64,000 nucleotides of DNA from the NCBI GenBank assembly GCA_002633005.1, contig NMRA01000086.1, forward strand, positions 283,034 through 347,033. The letters are read 5' to 3'. The position numbers and the translations under genes are program-made. Below the pieces are notes generated by a model. The model did no database searches, was not told the DNA's origin, and saw only the letters and a program-made list of their open reading frames with translations. This document shows positions 11,201-25,200 of this stretch, piece after piece. Positions within the stretch are counted from its first letter, which is position 1; every line of letters starts with the position of its first letter. The DNA comes from Phoronis australis (taxonomy: Eukaryota > Animalia > Phoronida).

Positions 11201-13671
11201 CACCCAGCGCCAGTGTGTCATGTCTAAAAACGCGCGAGTTCCATATACTTGTGCCATATCGGCGTTTCTCTGATGTCCCGCAGAAAGTGAAAAGAGTCAC
11301 AGCATGTTCAAATACTAAGTAGTCACAACTACCACAAACGCAGCTCCTCACCATTCTTCGTTGTACCATAAACCACGGGAAAACGAGCATCAATGTCTGA
11401 TGACTTTTCACACTACACACAGTGAGGGATGATTAATGTTGTGATTGGTTTTCCCTAATCTGCGTAGTAAGTATCGACGAATAAATGCTGGTAACTCGAG
11501 GACAGTTAATTAACATGTCGTCAGATAGTGTTTGAGGGATATGGCAATGGTGGTTTTAAGCAACCTTTCGAAAATTATGTCACTCATTGAATGAGTTTTT
11601 CTAGCCCCACCAAGCACTGAAGAGTTGATTTCGATACGAGTTTGTTGATATGCCTTGGATACCTGTTATGTTCTCAACTAAAACGGTAGAAAATTCAGTA
11701 TTTCTCATAAAATAACTGCTGTTGCGTACATGCTGCTGAAAACGGAAGTTATTTGAGTAGAGACCATCTTTGATTTGAAGTATAAATTTTCATTTAACAT
11801 TTCACCTTGAAATAACAAAAATCTCGGAAATTAATCCATAAAACTGTATCTCCCATGTCTCCTGTGCAGACCATACTTTGTAATTGTCATGTTAATCTTG
11901 TGTTTTCAAGTTCTATTGTACATTGTACTAGTTTATGTTATTCCCAACCATGATAAATAACCTTTTATCGCCTACGTGCGCCTTGTTCCTCTCTCTGGAA
12001 ACGTAGGTTTGGACCTACCTGTGTTCCCTATCTTTCTAGCACTCGTGAATTAGGCGGTTATAAAGAGTGTTGCATTCATGTCAAGTGTGGAGTGCGTCTA
12101 ATCAAACAGCAACACGCCGCCGATGCCTCGATAATGATTTCTTTCTAATGAGTTCTTAGCGTGTAGTTATCAGAAATCCTGCATATCTGCAGTAATGCAT
12201 GTCCGAAGTAAAGTACGGATGAATTAGAAACTAACGTGTGTGGTATAGCTTTCGGATATTTAATTAGATACATGTACGTGCCCACTAGAAAATCCAAGTT
12301 GCCAACAAAATTTGTGGAGCAACATTTCAATTTGTTGGGATTCCAGGCAAATGTTTATCGCCAGCATTTTTCATAACTTGCTCAGCAATAATTTGTGCCC
12401 ATAAAAAGCAGAAAGTCTGCTCTACTGCTGATATCGAATCTAAGCATAGGTGCGCACGTAAGAAAAATGCTTTGCTGCGTTAACCCCGCAAACGTGTGAT
12501 AGTCCCTTTCATGAAAGTCTTTTTACGGATTTTTCTCCTCGGTTTTTCTAGAGATTTCCTGCAACACAATTCCTCAGTTTTGCGTTCGCACGATAAATTT
12601 TCAAGATTTCAGATTTTTTTTACAAAAAATTTCAAAAAGGCTCTCATGAACTGTCTTAATTGCGGGAAACTCCAGGCTCGCGCGAACGGGAAGCGAACTT
12701 TTTATTTAGATCATTTATCGCTATGAAATCGGTTTAACTCAGATGAGAAGTGATTTTTGGCTTTGCCAGAAATTGACAGTTCCATATCTCTTTTAAGAGA
12801 CCATGCTCGGCCCATAAAATGACCTGCCGTGACAAGCCAACTTGTAGGCCTGGCGGAACGCTAGGACCTACGCTAGTGCCTAGCTAAAACCTAGCCAAAG
12901 TCACATGTTCTCATTTGAAATACACGATATCTCTCGTAGTCTCGCGAAGTCTTGCTTTTTGGCGAGGTTCTAAGGTTACTGAGCGGGAGGCTGGTTTCGA
13001 GCAATAACGAACTATCATTTCTTGAAAACTTGAAATCACCTTCAATTTGAGACCAATTTCATAACAGGAAGTGGTCATAATCAAAAGTTGTTTTTTTGTA
13101 ATGGAATTCCGGCTTATAACCGCTTTAAGTAAATGCTACCTCTGTGGTCATGTAAAACGATAATCCCACTTGGCCGATATTGTAAATCAGCATATATGGC
13201 TTGACATCTAATGGCGAACGTTTCTTTAGCACATGAGGACCAATTCGAACAAACAGAAGATATACAGCAGTGAGAACGATGCTGTAAACTGGCGAGTTCC
13301 ACACAAGCGCATAGTTTCGAGTCCGAGCATCTGAAAAACATTGTTGGCGTTTTATGTAGACTATCAAATTCAAATACTCGTATCAGTCACCCAGGTTTTA
13401 TTCACTCAACTAGAAAACATTTATACCTATTGCACAATGGCGAAGCTTTCAACACGTTATTGTATAGATTAACTCGTCTGTAAAACAGTTCGACGTTATA
13501 TTTATAGACATTAAAGTAAGTTCCAAAGCAATTTTAACGCCTATAATTTACTAGGGTAGTTTCTTGCGTACAGGCGACACTTCTCCTAGTAGCCATCGAT
13601 ATTTATCTAGTCCTACCTGCGTTTTCCATCAGTCTTCTGTAATGCACTGCCGGCGAAATTAGAAAGTCCAT
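5267..13671 (-). CDS. ELOVL: Elongation of very long chain fatty acids protein (ELOVL4-like / PUFA elongase family), ~283 aa
   Basis: Six GT-AG coding exons: 13671-13617, 13330-13140, 10653-10567, 8048-7877, 6773-6649, 5488-5267 (852 nt, phases consistent). Motifs [18 protein letters not shown] (HxxHH box), [17 protein letters not shown]. Paralog assignment is uncertain. Confidence 0.93.
6425..6643. repeat. 32-bp minisatellite, ~6.8 copies
   Basis: Unit ggccacgcatcacttgacaatactgtagccat starts at 6425, 6457, 6489, 6521, 6553, 6585 and 6617. Confidence 0.95.
8579..9650 (+). pseudogene. THAP-domain DDE transposase (Kolobok type), frameshifted and truncated
   Basis: THAP C2CH: [30 protein letters not shown]. 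Then a CQVC..WECVTGH..W motif, a frameshift at the T-run near 9446-9453, and [15 protein letters not shown] in another frame. It ends well before a complete DDE core. Confidence 0.8.
9645..9920 (-). pseudogene. KolX-like / P2X7 C-terminal ballast-like Zn-binding protein, N-terminal fragment
   Basis: Acidic leader, GYMFEPEY, then [21 protein letters not shown], matching the W-C-x-C-x2-C-x2-M-x4-E-x2-C-C motif. No in-frame ATG; aaaATTgct at 9920 may be a mutated start. Confidence 0.7.
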
Positions 13672-16600
13672 TTCCTATAAGCACAGAGAGAACAATTGGT
13701 GTGTAAACAGTTAGTCAAAAGCAATCTGAGGCAGCAGTCGTCCGACTTCTTGTACACTGTAATTTGACATTTTTGTACACGACAGACTTTGGGCGTGTGT
13801 TCTTGACTCGCATACAGCGACGCTATCGACGGATCTTGGTGACAAACAGGACAACAACAACTGCTCAACACCTGGTCTCAACGTCAACAATATCAGGGGA
13901 CCTGTGTCGAAACTAACTGTGACACCAAGACTGACACCAGAGGCCGACGGAAGAAATTAAGGTGACATTTGTTGACTAGGAGAGACCCACAGTACTGCTG
14001 AACGAGCGAGTTCGTGTGGACGCGGCGACTTAAATTGCCATGTTCAGTATGCTGGTTGGACGGGAACCATGCAGTTCCATATAGACCGTGGCCAAATATT
14101 GATCTTTAGATGAGATTCCTGCTGCACTTACCGTCATTTTTCGTTGAGTGGTTATATTACTGTCGGTCCCGGAAAAGCTTGCACGAGGTTACTAGCTGTT
14201 ACTACCTGTAATGTAAAGCTCCTTCTCCGTCTGTTCACCCCAGTTCGGGACAATCGGCTTACAAAATGTTATACAGTGTAAACAGAGTGTGCAGCCGCAC
14301 TGTATTCACATTGGCGTTGTTACTATAGGGTTGTAAAAATTGATTTCTGTAGAGTTAGCTTATGCAACCACATGATAATGGTTAACTGCATATGGGTGTG
14401 GCGATTATTGTCATGAATGATTGGCGTGCACAAAGCCAAATAGTGGGGGTTTATGACCTAATTGTCCCATTATGTTCCACGCCCAGCAGACGCAGAATAT
14501 CTGACTGTGCAATACTTTACTATGTTATAAAGATCCCATTTATTTCCCATTTTCAAATTTCAAAAATGCAACCAAGTCAACTTTCAAAATGAAAATTAAG
14601 AGATACTACTGACACCCCCAGTGTTTGCAACTATGATTAGGATAACCAAATTTGTTCGGTCCTGATTACCCTAAGAACGATAATATCAGCTGAAGTTGGA
14701 TGGAACGGCGGAACACAGGATGAATTACGTCAGTGTAAAGAAGGCACTAAAATATAAGCGCAGTTTCGTAACTTTCAACCTTTTTTGTGTTGTCCTTCTA
14801 TTACTGTGAATTAACTTTTTTAATGTTTGGTGGTTGTACACGACCAAAAATAAAACTTAAACTAAAAACCATTTTCAGTTAAATTCAGTTAATTTTGAAT
14901 ATATTTGTTATGTTGAATGAGAATTATATGGGCTTAGTTTAGACTGAACTAGCGTTAAAATCCATTATATGAAATGGTTAAGTAAAAAGAAGCGGAAACA
15001 GTACCTTTTTAAAGGTTAGAGAACCGGTCTAATTCTTTTCATGAATTTCAATTGTTTTTCAGTTAGCTTACGAACACAAAAATTGTCAAACATAGTTTGT
15101 TAGATAACGAATTTCGCGAGAATTGAGCTTTACACGTATAAAAAGGTAACACGTGAAAAAATGCCAATATTATATCATATACTAGGCGCCAGGAGAAATC
15201 ACCTCTGACGCATTCATTGCGTTTGGATCAAATTGGGATTTCACATGTACTTTAATGGATTTTCATGGTAATTTGAACAACATTTTATCTTCTGGAAGTT
15301 AAATAATAACTGAGGCTACTTCAGTTTCTATCACACCGTAATCTTAAACTGAGAGATTCTATTAGATATCAAATGAAACAGTCCCCAATGATTGCTTTGT
15401 CTGTAAAACATAAAAAACTGACTCGAAACAATGATATAAGGACCATACTCAAACATAGAGTGATTTTGTTGAATGTTTGTATATTTTGTGTGAGCGTGGA
15501 AACACAATGAGAATTTAATTTCCGAATGATTATGTATTTCCTCTGTCCGCTATTTGTTGGTATTTATTTTTGATCGCTAGTTTTCAATTTCAGTTGACAT
15601 CGTGACCAAACGTCAGTCGATAAGATAGTTCAAGTTGTCGGAAGACGACGGTTTTGTTGAAAACGCACATTTTACTGATGTGAACTTTCAAGACCAAATG
15701 TTCCAAACTGCTGAAGCTACAACCAAAAGTTAATTCAAACTTTTTGTTACACCCTTTGAATCTTGTTTGGCACACTTGATATATTACGGTCGCTAGCCGC
15801 AAACTGCCGGAAAATAAATCGGAGTTTACCTACAGTCTGAGTTCAAGAATCAAATAGACGTATTATGTGTAACATGGCTTCACTCCCGGATGTGCATCAG
15901 TGCTGCCTTAATACGGACACTAAGGTCATGTAGGAACCTAGTAAAATGGCCAAATCTGGCCAATATCGGAACATCATATTTCAGACTGATCCTTTTCAGG
16001 TACTCTGTTTTACTATACCGTTCTCTTCTAGGCTGTTAGGGAATCATTTTTCAGAGTCCTCCACTTTTGCACGAGCAGCTTTCAAATATACGAATTTTTA
16101 CGATTTTCATGAAAAAATCAAAAGTTGTGTAAAACCACAGCACTCTAGCCCTGGAAAGCCAACTTCGATCTCGCGCTGATAAGGGTGTGCCGCGCACGTG
16201 CGGCTTTTGTTTGCATTCGTTTGTTCCTGTGTTGGTTTTTCCTATGGAATTTACTGTTACTAAAACTTTTCGCAACTCCGCCGCTTTCCAACCGAATTGC
16301 ACAAGAAATATATCATTAGAAAGCCCTTCGTCAGCTCTCGATGGTATATGATTATAGCAGCTGAAACAAACCATGCATAATTTAATTCATAAATAATCAT
16401 TTCGTATCACTGACAGGTTTAAAAATTTTTTTTTTACCAAAACGCGAAAAATAGCAGGGTGTAATAGGAACATAAAAAAGGAAATGAAGCAAAGAGGTTA
16501 TAGAAATGACTAATCAAACCAGCAGGGAAATAATTCAAACGATACGAAAAATTTCTACCCTATCAAGACAAAGATTTTGGAATATGGATCCTTCGCAGAT

Positions 16601-18811
16601 GCTGTGAAGAATTTAGTCCGGCATTCATCCAAAATTATACATCTTTATATATTAATTGGACCTTTAGTGCTGTTTGGTACAGTTATTCAGTAAAAACATT
16701 CAGGACGAAGTGACAATTGCAAAAATGTGACCAACTAATTAATTCAACTACCTATCCGAAATTTGCAGATAAAGATAAAATATGAGCAAACATCAATTGT
16801 GTAGGTTTAAAATGTACTGTGGATAAGTCATTACATAGGCTGCAGTGTAGAACTTTCCATAGTTAGTAATTTGTAAATTAACTCATTTTGTCAGAAAGTA
16901 AAAATTAGTAATCCTGACTCATGCAGTGTGTGTTACCATAAACGAGAGACTTTGGGACACACTATACGATTGGAAAATAACAGTATTCATGACAGAGAGA
17001 CAAGTGAACATAGTTGCCAACATTCGAGAATGAAAAAAACGGGACAACAGGATTGAAAAGCGTGACTTCCGGATAAAAAACGAGACATCTGGGTCTATGG
17101 CAAAACGCAAGAGTGAAATGTTTGCAACAACACACAGAATCGTCCCAACGGGAGATGTTGCACCCAAAAGCGCCCGGCGGCGTTTTTTATATTCTTAAGT
17201 AAATGGGCAATTGCCGATGCCGTAAAATTGAGGGCGCCTCACAAATCCATGAAAAGTCCCTTTTTATTTTTAGTCGAACAAGAAAAATAGTGCAATGTCG
17301 CGTGGAAAATTGCAGTAGTATATGGTAATTTTTTCAGTGTCAAAAAGCGGGACACATTGATTGTGTAGCGGGATGGTGGGAAAATTCAAAAAGTGAGATA
17401 GTCCGCCAAGAGTGAGATAATTGGCAAGTACAATGTACTCTGTCAACAACACAAGGAGTTGGATTGGATTGTTTACAAGGTAAATTTTTCATGTTTTATA
17501 TTTTATTTCAGGAAATCGAATTACCAAAAAAGTATTTGGACAACAGGTAAACATTGCACAAAAGAGTTATTATAGAAACAATTAAAAACAGTAATAATTT
17601 ATGCAAACACAAACATCACACTTAGCTACGCAAATGCGAATAATTTTTCGAAAGTTACGTAAACACGCCTGTTAGTAGGTCCTAAACTTTTCATTTATAA
17701 TTGCAGAACAAACACCGGCTCAGAAACCAAGTAACTTCTTTCCGTAACTAATACTGTAACAAGATTTAACACTCAAAGATGTCTTGTTGAAAAGCTAATA
17801 GCATGTAGTTTTATAGGCTGTCAAAGTGGCTCTAAAACTGGAGATGAAAAGATATCAGAGGCCATACTATTCTAGATACTACCCCACCAGGGCCACGCCG
17901 TATAAAGAACGACCGATGTAATTGCCTGGTTTGTTGACTTTGCCGGGAAATCGTAACCCAAGAGTTTTGCTTGATGAACAAAAATGTCAAAACGAAAATG
18001 AAACAATGAAATTTGGCTTGATTTGATAACTACAACTCCCGATCAAAACTCAGTCGAGCAGACTGCCGGAATTTTACAGTGCCGTGGCTCGTCTCGTCGG
18101 GTCGCAACTGAGCTACTGTATAATAATAGAATTCATATGAAGTCACGTGCCGGAATTGGCCTTCCAGGGCTAGAGTTCTATGATGAAGCTAGGAACTGGT
18201 TCCTAGGATGAAGCTAAAACTACTGTATGACTTAGAAAATTGCAGCAGGTTTTTTGAGATTTCATCTTGATCGAATGAAATTGGTAATGTTACTGATTCT
18301 ACTATCGATGTACCTTTCTTCAAATTTTTGCCCAAATTTTTTCACATACGGTGTTAAAGTAAAAGATCAAACTCTGCAGGTTTTTACTTTCAGAAAATGC
18401 ATATTTCTCCTGAGTTGAAATCTGTAGTTCTATAGATATTTGGCTAAATACTCAGACATGTCTATAAGGTAATAATGCGAATCCGACGCAACCAAGTTGG
18501 CTATTGGTTATGACTTTGGCCAATAGGTGTAGTAGTTGTCAGTATGTATAAACCGGAAACTGACGACGGCCCCATGTGAAGGTTCCCTGGCAGCGGAGCG
18601 TACACGTTGTTGAAAATAAAAGCTGACAGACTTTATTGGTAATCTTGCACTTGCTTGTATAGCTATGTATACGTAATAAACTCAAGAATTGTGTAGCCTC
18701 TAAAAACAGCTCGAAAAGGAGTAGTGTAGATAAGTTGATTTTTGTGTGCCATCCGCCCAGGTAGTTTTGGTATCTGCAAAGTGCAAAGTAGCCAGAGTAC
18801 AAAGCTCGCTG

Positions 18812-19378
18812 ACGCTGGTTCCCAGCCGCTAGGTGGTCGGTAGCCATCACGCAGGTATCACTTAATTTTTTTTACACTGGCGTTTCTGATTGGCTAGTGG
18901 AATTCTCAACAGGCAGCGCTTTACGCTAACAAACTGGCATGACTGATGGACTGAAGTGTAAATCTGAATGTAGTCTGTTGTACAGACAAATCGGTGCTTA
19001 AAATTCATGTTCAGAAAATGTGAATCCTAGAAATTGTGGTTGCGCCTTTTCAGAGTGCATCTTTATACTATCGATGACTTTTGTTTACGATACTGTCCTG
19101 TATTCCGACATCGGTTAAATGGGCCAGATTGTGTTTATTGTACATGTATGTGCTTTAAGCAGGTGGCTATTAAACATCACTGCAGTCCAGAAAAGAAATA
19201 GTTGCTGCAATGCCACTTGCGTGACAAGGCTAAAAATTGTTCGCAGTCCTCACAGTCCGCCATTTTTTCACGGTGTTGTAAAGCTAACCAATGACTGCTG
19301 AGGTTACACCAACCAATGCTAAAGCGCGTGCCACTGCATGATACCTGTGTGCTGGCTAGGCACGTAGGGAACCAGCGA
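18812..19378. mobile_element. Degenerate MITE with ~50-bp imperfect TIRs
   Basis: cgctggttccc...tagccatcacgcaggtatca (18814-18859) is inverted relative to tgatacctgtgtgctggcta...gggaaccagcg (19340-19377). Confidence 0.5.
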
Positions 19379-19379
19379 G

Positions 19380-20577
19380 TGGTGCAAAGCTGTATACTAA
19401 ATATGCAGCGTTGCGCTGATGTGGGTAAAAAAATGGTAACATAAAATCTGACACAAAATTAGTGTCATTAAAAATTACAGTCTTCCTTGCGTAAACTAAC
19501 TTATTTAACGGTGTTGGAAAAATGGCGTTCTACCGTTATTCTGCTGCTAAAGTTGTAGAGTGATCTTCTACGTCGGCTTTCGGCGCCATGAAATATTGTG
19601 TCAACTACTGGCCAGTTTCTTTTTCGCCGATTGTTCAGTTAACCGTTGTTCTTTCATGAGGTTGCGTATACGTCACAAATTATTGGAACTGGTTTCACTT
19701 CACTTAGAGTTTCGATACCGAAAAAACGAATTTCAGAACAAACTTTGCTGCTGCGAAGTTTGCGCAAAAATTTAGGAAATGGCGCGTGCTCATGACACAA
19801 GCGATACTGTTTTCAAAACGACAACATACTTTTCATTGTTACAAAACGTTGAGAATGATGCAGGAAAATGACGTTTGTTGCATTGTTTTTCTCTTAGACG
19901 GTTGTAACGGGCAAGGTTGAGTGTTGGTTGACTCCCAGATTTTGCATGCACCCCGTCCGGTCTTTAGCTTTACATGTTGAAACAAGTTTCATGGCGAGGT
20001 GACGAGCAGAACTACCCTGTCTGTGTGCAATTTCGGGGTCTATGGAAGATTAACACACAGTAAGTGGTACCTATAGCTTTATTTTGACGATAGTCTTCAT
20101 ACAGCTAGCTGGCTGGCTAGAATCTGGGTAGACCATTGTCCCTAGTTGGCCAGAAGAGACCTATAGGAGCTTCATATGCTTTTCGGTGAATTATGGCTCG
20201 CACTGATTAAAACATCAAAGTCACGTTGTTATAAGTACCTTTTGTACATAGAAGGACATCTTAGGAGGCCGTGGATGTCTTTAATTCCTTCCAACTCAAA
20301 CAAATACTCCCGTTATCATACGGTACTTTTTTTGAGCAGTCCTTCGTTCAGTTCCCAAAATCGGAAACTGGCCATTTTTTACACAGTGATGTCTTATCAC
20401 CTGCTGCGCGCAGTGTTAAAAGTGGCCAGTTGCTGATTTGGAGAACTGAACAAAGGACTGCTTGAAGAAAAAGTTTGATAACGGGAATGTTTGTTTGAGT
20501 TGCAAGGAATTAAAAACATTGGTGGCCTCCTAAGGTGTCCCTTTATGCGCAAAAGGTACTTATAACAATGTGACTTT
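19380..20577. mobile_element. Large foldback-type element: arm plus central palindrome
   Basis: 19380-20117 matches 1037-1765. 20217-20577 is a palindrome with ~170-bp arms. The same junction and palindrome recur inverted at ~41330-41830. Confidence 0.75.
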
Positions 20578-20834
20578 AATTTTTATGCACCCACATATTT
20601 ATATGTTGACGCATTATGCCGTCATCCCCGTCCGTGACGGTCCGTCCGTCAGATTCTATACTTTATGCATTTGTTGTTGACTTGCTTCTAGTGAATCATA
20701 TGAGCCTCTGTTAGGCACTCGCTAACAGCAAGTTGCCTGTTAGCTGAATGGTTATAACGCTTGCCAGTTTTATCTGGGTTGCTGGTTCAATTCCCAAGTC
20801 GGGTACTTAGTAATATCTCGGCTAATTACTACGC

Positions 20835-21290
20835 ACTGTTCTCAAAAACGCTGTTTGGAATTGTTTTTAATGTGCTCCACTTTTGTAGGAGGGGCTGTCA
20901 AAAAATAGAACTTAATGATTTTCATGAAAAATTTGTAAAGTTTGCTTAAAACGAAATGATATTTTAGAAAAATGTTACAGCATTTTTGATATCTCACTTT
21001 GAACATTTATATCAAATAAAATTTGATCTTGTTACTGATACTGTTTGCTACCTGGCCATGTGCCTTTCTTTTTTTGCTAAATTTTACTAGAAAGACATGG
21101 TCACGTGTCCTTATAAATACCAGATATGTTAGTTGTCAACAACCAAAATCTACAGTCTTTGTACTTTTAGAAAATATATACTTTTACTGACTGAAAGTCT
21201 ACTCTGTAATATTGTCCTATATATTTTGCTAAGTGCACAGAAATATTGATAAGGTCTGACTTAGCCTTAAGTGAAAAGCGAACAAATGTT
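20835..21290. mobile_element. Dispersed repeat (DNA-transposon-like)
   Basis: Co-linear similarity to ~47075-47480 (actgttctc...gctgtt.ggaattgtttt; ttactaga...gacatggtc; aaaatatatacttttact). Confidence 0.55.
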
Positions 21291-22289
21291 TTTGTGCACA
21301 ATTTCCCGGCTTTTGTCACAAAGAAAAATCTGTCATCGACTTGAAAACAGTACGCTCGTGACACGCGCACGCGCCATTTACTAAATTTTTTTGTAAAATC
21401 TTTCAGGATATGACGTACAGCTTTGCTGGTGTCAAAATACTAAAAACTTAAAATGAAATGAAACCAATTCCAATAATTTGTTATAACGTATGCAACCTTG
21501 TGGAAGAAGAACAGTTTATTGAAGAGTTGACGAAAAAAGAATTTAGCCTATAGGTGACGCTCTATTTCATGGTGCTGAAAGCCAACGCATAAGGTCTCTA
21601 TACAACAGCAGAATAAATGTAGAATGTCAATTTTTAGCACTGGGTAACTAACTTAATTTGTGTAAAGAAGTTTTTATTGACATTAATTGTTTGTCAGATT
21701 TTATTTGGCAATTTTTCCCCCACTGCGGTGCAAAGCTAATATATTCGCACAGCTTTTCACCAGGACTAGTCATCTGGCTGACTACAGTGCCCTCCTACTG
21801 AATCTGAGTCCTACTTGAGTACTCAACCTACCCCTTGTGGAAGCTGATTCATCAGCCTAGGGCTTTGTCACTCTAGGCTGATGGCCCTCACATGTATTTT
21901 ACCAACCTACAGTTAGCTTTGGGAGCTGTAGATGACATTTTAGTGAAAATGAGCTGAAAGCCAGAGACTTGTGCTAAAAAAAACAGTCTTACTTATCAAT
22001 AAACTGTCCTTTTTGGATGTTCTTTGGTCCTTTACTCTTACAACTGTGTTAGATACAATCCTATTACCAATGCCATATGTTCAAAATCATCCATTGTTGA
22101 CGGCCATTTTTTTTAGGCCAAGGGTACAATACAATTTTTTTAGTCAGATGACCTATTATTTATATATTTAAGGTAAAAAACTGAAAGGGAGATAATTTCA
22201 GTTTTGGTAGTGTTTTTATATCTGATCTATTATTCACAGACCCAATATCTTTTTCAGCACTGGACATCTGACATATTACTCAAAGAGGG

Positions 22290-25200
22290 ATGTCTAGTTC
22301 AGCCACAGATGAACCGAAGGGCCCCAGTGCCTCCGAGGGTGGCGAAGGGAGTGATGCAGTGATAGATAGTCCTCCAGAGAAACCTGAATATGTCAATAAA
22401 TGCAATGACTCCAATCCTGATGGGGACTTTGACAACAGCTTTCAGAAGATGGTGGAACAAATGGATGAGAAAGGAATGGCCAAAGTCCAAATAAAGTAGG
22501 ACTATTGCATGGTTTTGTTGTCTTAAACTTGTACTGATTAGTAGATATTGTGACTATGTCCAGTTTACCCAAAATTTGACAGTCCCTTTGTAGAAAGCCC
22601 TCTGTTGGCCTGAAGGTTGACACGATCATGTCTTCATCACCTTGTGTTACATCCTAGTGTGTTGAATGCTACTGCATATGAGTTTACTCTTTTCTGTATC
22701 AACCTGTCCTAGCTGTGAATACTAGTCAACAACCTGCCAGGGCCATGTTATGTAAAGACCTTTCTCGTATGGAAGTCTTTCAAATAGCAACTTGGCGACT
22801 GGTCATGTGGGACCGGATACCAGTGGCCTCTAGATGACGAGGAGCCATTTTATAACTTTTGTTTAAAACACATTCCGTGTAATCACATACACTGTAAAAG
22901 GGTCTTTTCATGAAGTCAAACTGTTCTCCTATGTCACCCACTGCGAAGACAAGTAACTTCTGGTTCAGTTATGTGGTGATATGAGTCACCTGTCCCATGT
23001 AATCATTCCCCATTGCTTCCTTAAAGTCTCCCATTGCGCTGTTCTGTTTAGCTTACTAGCAGAACTTGTTTACCATATCAAACGTTTTTTATTTTCACAA
23101 GGTTCCTGAAGCGGAATTACAAACCTGTGCTGGATACCACATACATGCCAGCTGAGGCCAAAGAGTTGCTGGAGAACATGCAGTCAGGGAATAGTGATGG
23201 CAGCGAACCACCTAAGAAAAAGATGAAACTTACTGGTCAGTCAGTTGTGTTACAGTAGTCTGAGATGGGAATACACGTGGTGTTTCTTTGATTGTGTATT
23301 TAGCTCCACAGCTTTATGTTGAGATAGAATGCTTCGTGGTATTTAAAATGAGAACTCAAAAGCATGCTGGCATGTTTGTCTTTACATGGACCCTCTGAGT
23401 TACTTCTGTAATAGTCTAATTTGGGCTGTGCCTTACGTACCTCTGTAGACAGCTTAGACTTTTCATTTTTATACATCCACATCTTTAGTTGTTGTGGCAT
23501 ATTGCCATCATCGCTGTTTGGCATCCACTGCTGTATCTCCAAATCTCCTTGGATGATTTCCAGATGTGTTCCTAAGGAGATAACAATAGATGACGACAGC
23601 TTTCAGACAGATTTGAGTACTGCTAAGCCCCTAGTGGCAATTTTAATAGTTTGTGATGTGTCTTCGGAGGCCCTTAAGGGATTTTCATGAAATTTGGCAG
23701 AAATGACTTATTAAGGAATTAAGGAGACAACGATGGCTTCCCATTATTAGACAGCTTTGACATATTCTGCACCACCTAGTGACCATTTGTGTTACTTACG
23801 AGTCTGTTTTTGGCATCTGCCACTTTCTCTGACAGGCTGCTCAAAAGATTATAATAAGAATAGGCAGATGTGTTGCAGCAAAGGAGACCATGACTGACAT
23901 TGATTTTCTGACAGGTCTGAATACTGTGACTTCCCCTAGTGGAATTTTTTTATTTTTCGTTTATGCCTATATCTGGTTAATGCCTTGCAGGATCGTAGTG
24001 AAATTTGACAAATATTTTTCTTTGAATGTGATAAGGAATGAAGACAACTTTTGGACTGATCTAACTACTGCTGTACCCCCTTGTAGCAATTTTATTATTT
24101 TACGTTTATGATGAATGTGATATCGGATGCAGACAAATTNATAGGATGTGCTTGTATTATGAAGATTACTCACATTTTGCCCCTAGCCTATTGAGGAGAC
24201 AATGACCATGCCTTTCCATTTTGCAAAGTATGCCCTCTACAGGCCACTTTATGGTACCAATAAACAACCCTAGAAGGATACCGTATGCGGTGCAATTGTG
24301 GGCGCATTTCAACGCTCCGCGTTGCTCTTGTATTATTTTACGTTTATGATGAATGTGATATCGGATGCAGACAAATTTTGGACTGATCTGAGTACTGCTG
24401 TTCCCTTTTGTGGCAATTTTATTTTTACCTTTATCTCTGTAGCGTTAGGGTTCCTTGACAGATTTCCATAAAATTTGGTAAATAGGTTTCTATTAAAGAT
24501 ACAACAACCTATTTTCTAGTGGACATTTAAAAAAATGCAAGTCCTTTTTGGTATCTGCCAAGTGTATTCTTTTTAACTTAATAACTTCTTCCTGTTTTCG
24601 GACAGGTTCAATGTATTCAGTGAAATCTGATTGCCATGAATAAACAATTCATTTGCGGTGCTGTTATGGATGCATTTCAACACTTCACATTGCTCTTGTA
24701 GAAAATCCTAGTATCCTGGTCACTACTGTTGTACAAGCCACAAAGCGATACATGTTTCGCAGTTAGGTACAGTCTCAAAAAAGAATCAACACATTTGTTC
24801 TCAAAGCATTTTGTTTTAGATTGAAATTTACAATTATGTTGACCTCATGTTAAGATTCAGTTATTCTCAACAGGTCGCAACAAAAAACGTCCCACTGGGA
24901 AACGATTAGATGCATCTGCCAGGCTATGCCCATCATTGAAAGCAGAGAAAGTCTGTTTCTATGGCAACAAGTGTAAGTTCAGTCACAATGTGGAAGTTTA
25001 CATGGCTGAGAAGCTGCCAGACATTGGACCGACTTGTTATTTGTACGACACACTCGGAAAATGCCCATTTGGCCTAGCTTGTCGATATGCAAAGAGTCAC
25101 ATTGGGGAAAACTTCAAGAATTGTGTCAATGAACCATTATTTGAAGAGGTATCCAAGCGTACCATCATTTACAATCAGGTAGACAAGGACTTACAAGCGT

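Noticed and set aside
17430-17550. Possible non-coding first exons of DUS3L (AG|GTAAA donors near 17479 and 17546)
   Set aside because: Plausible, but cannot be supported without transcript data.
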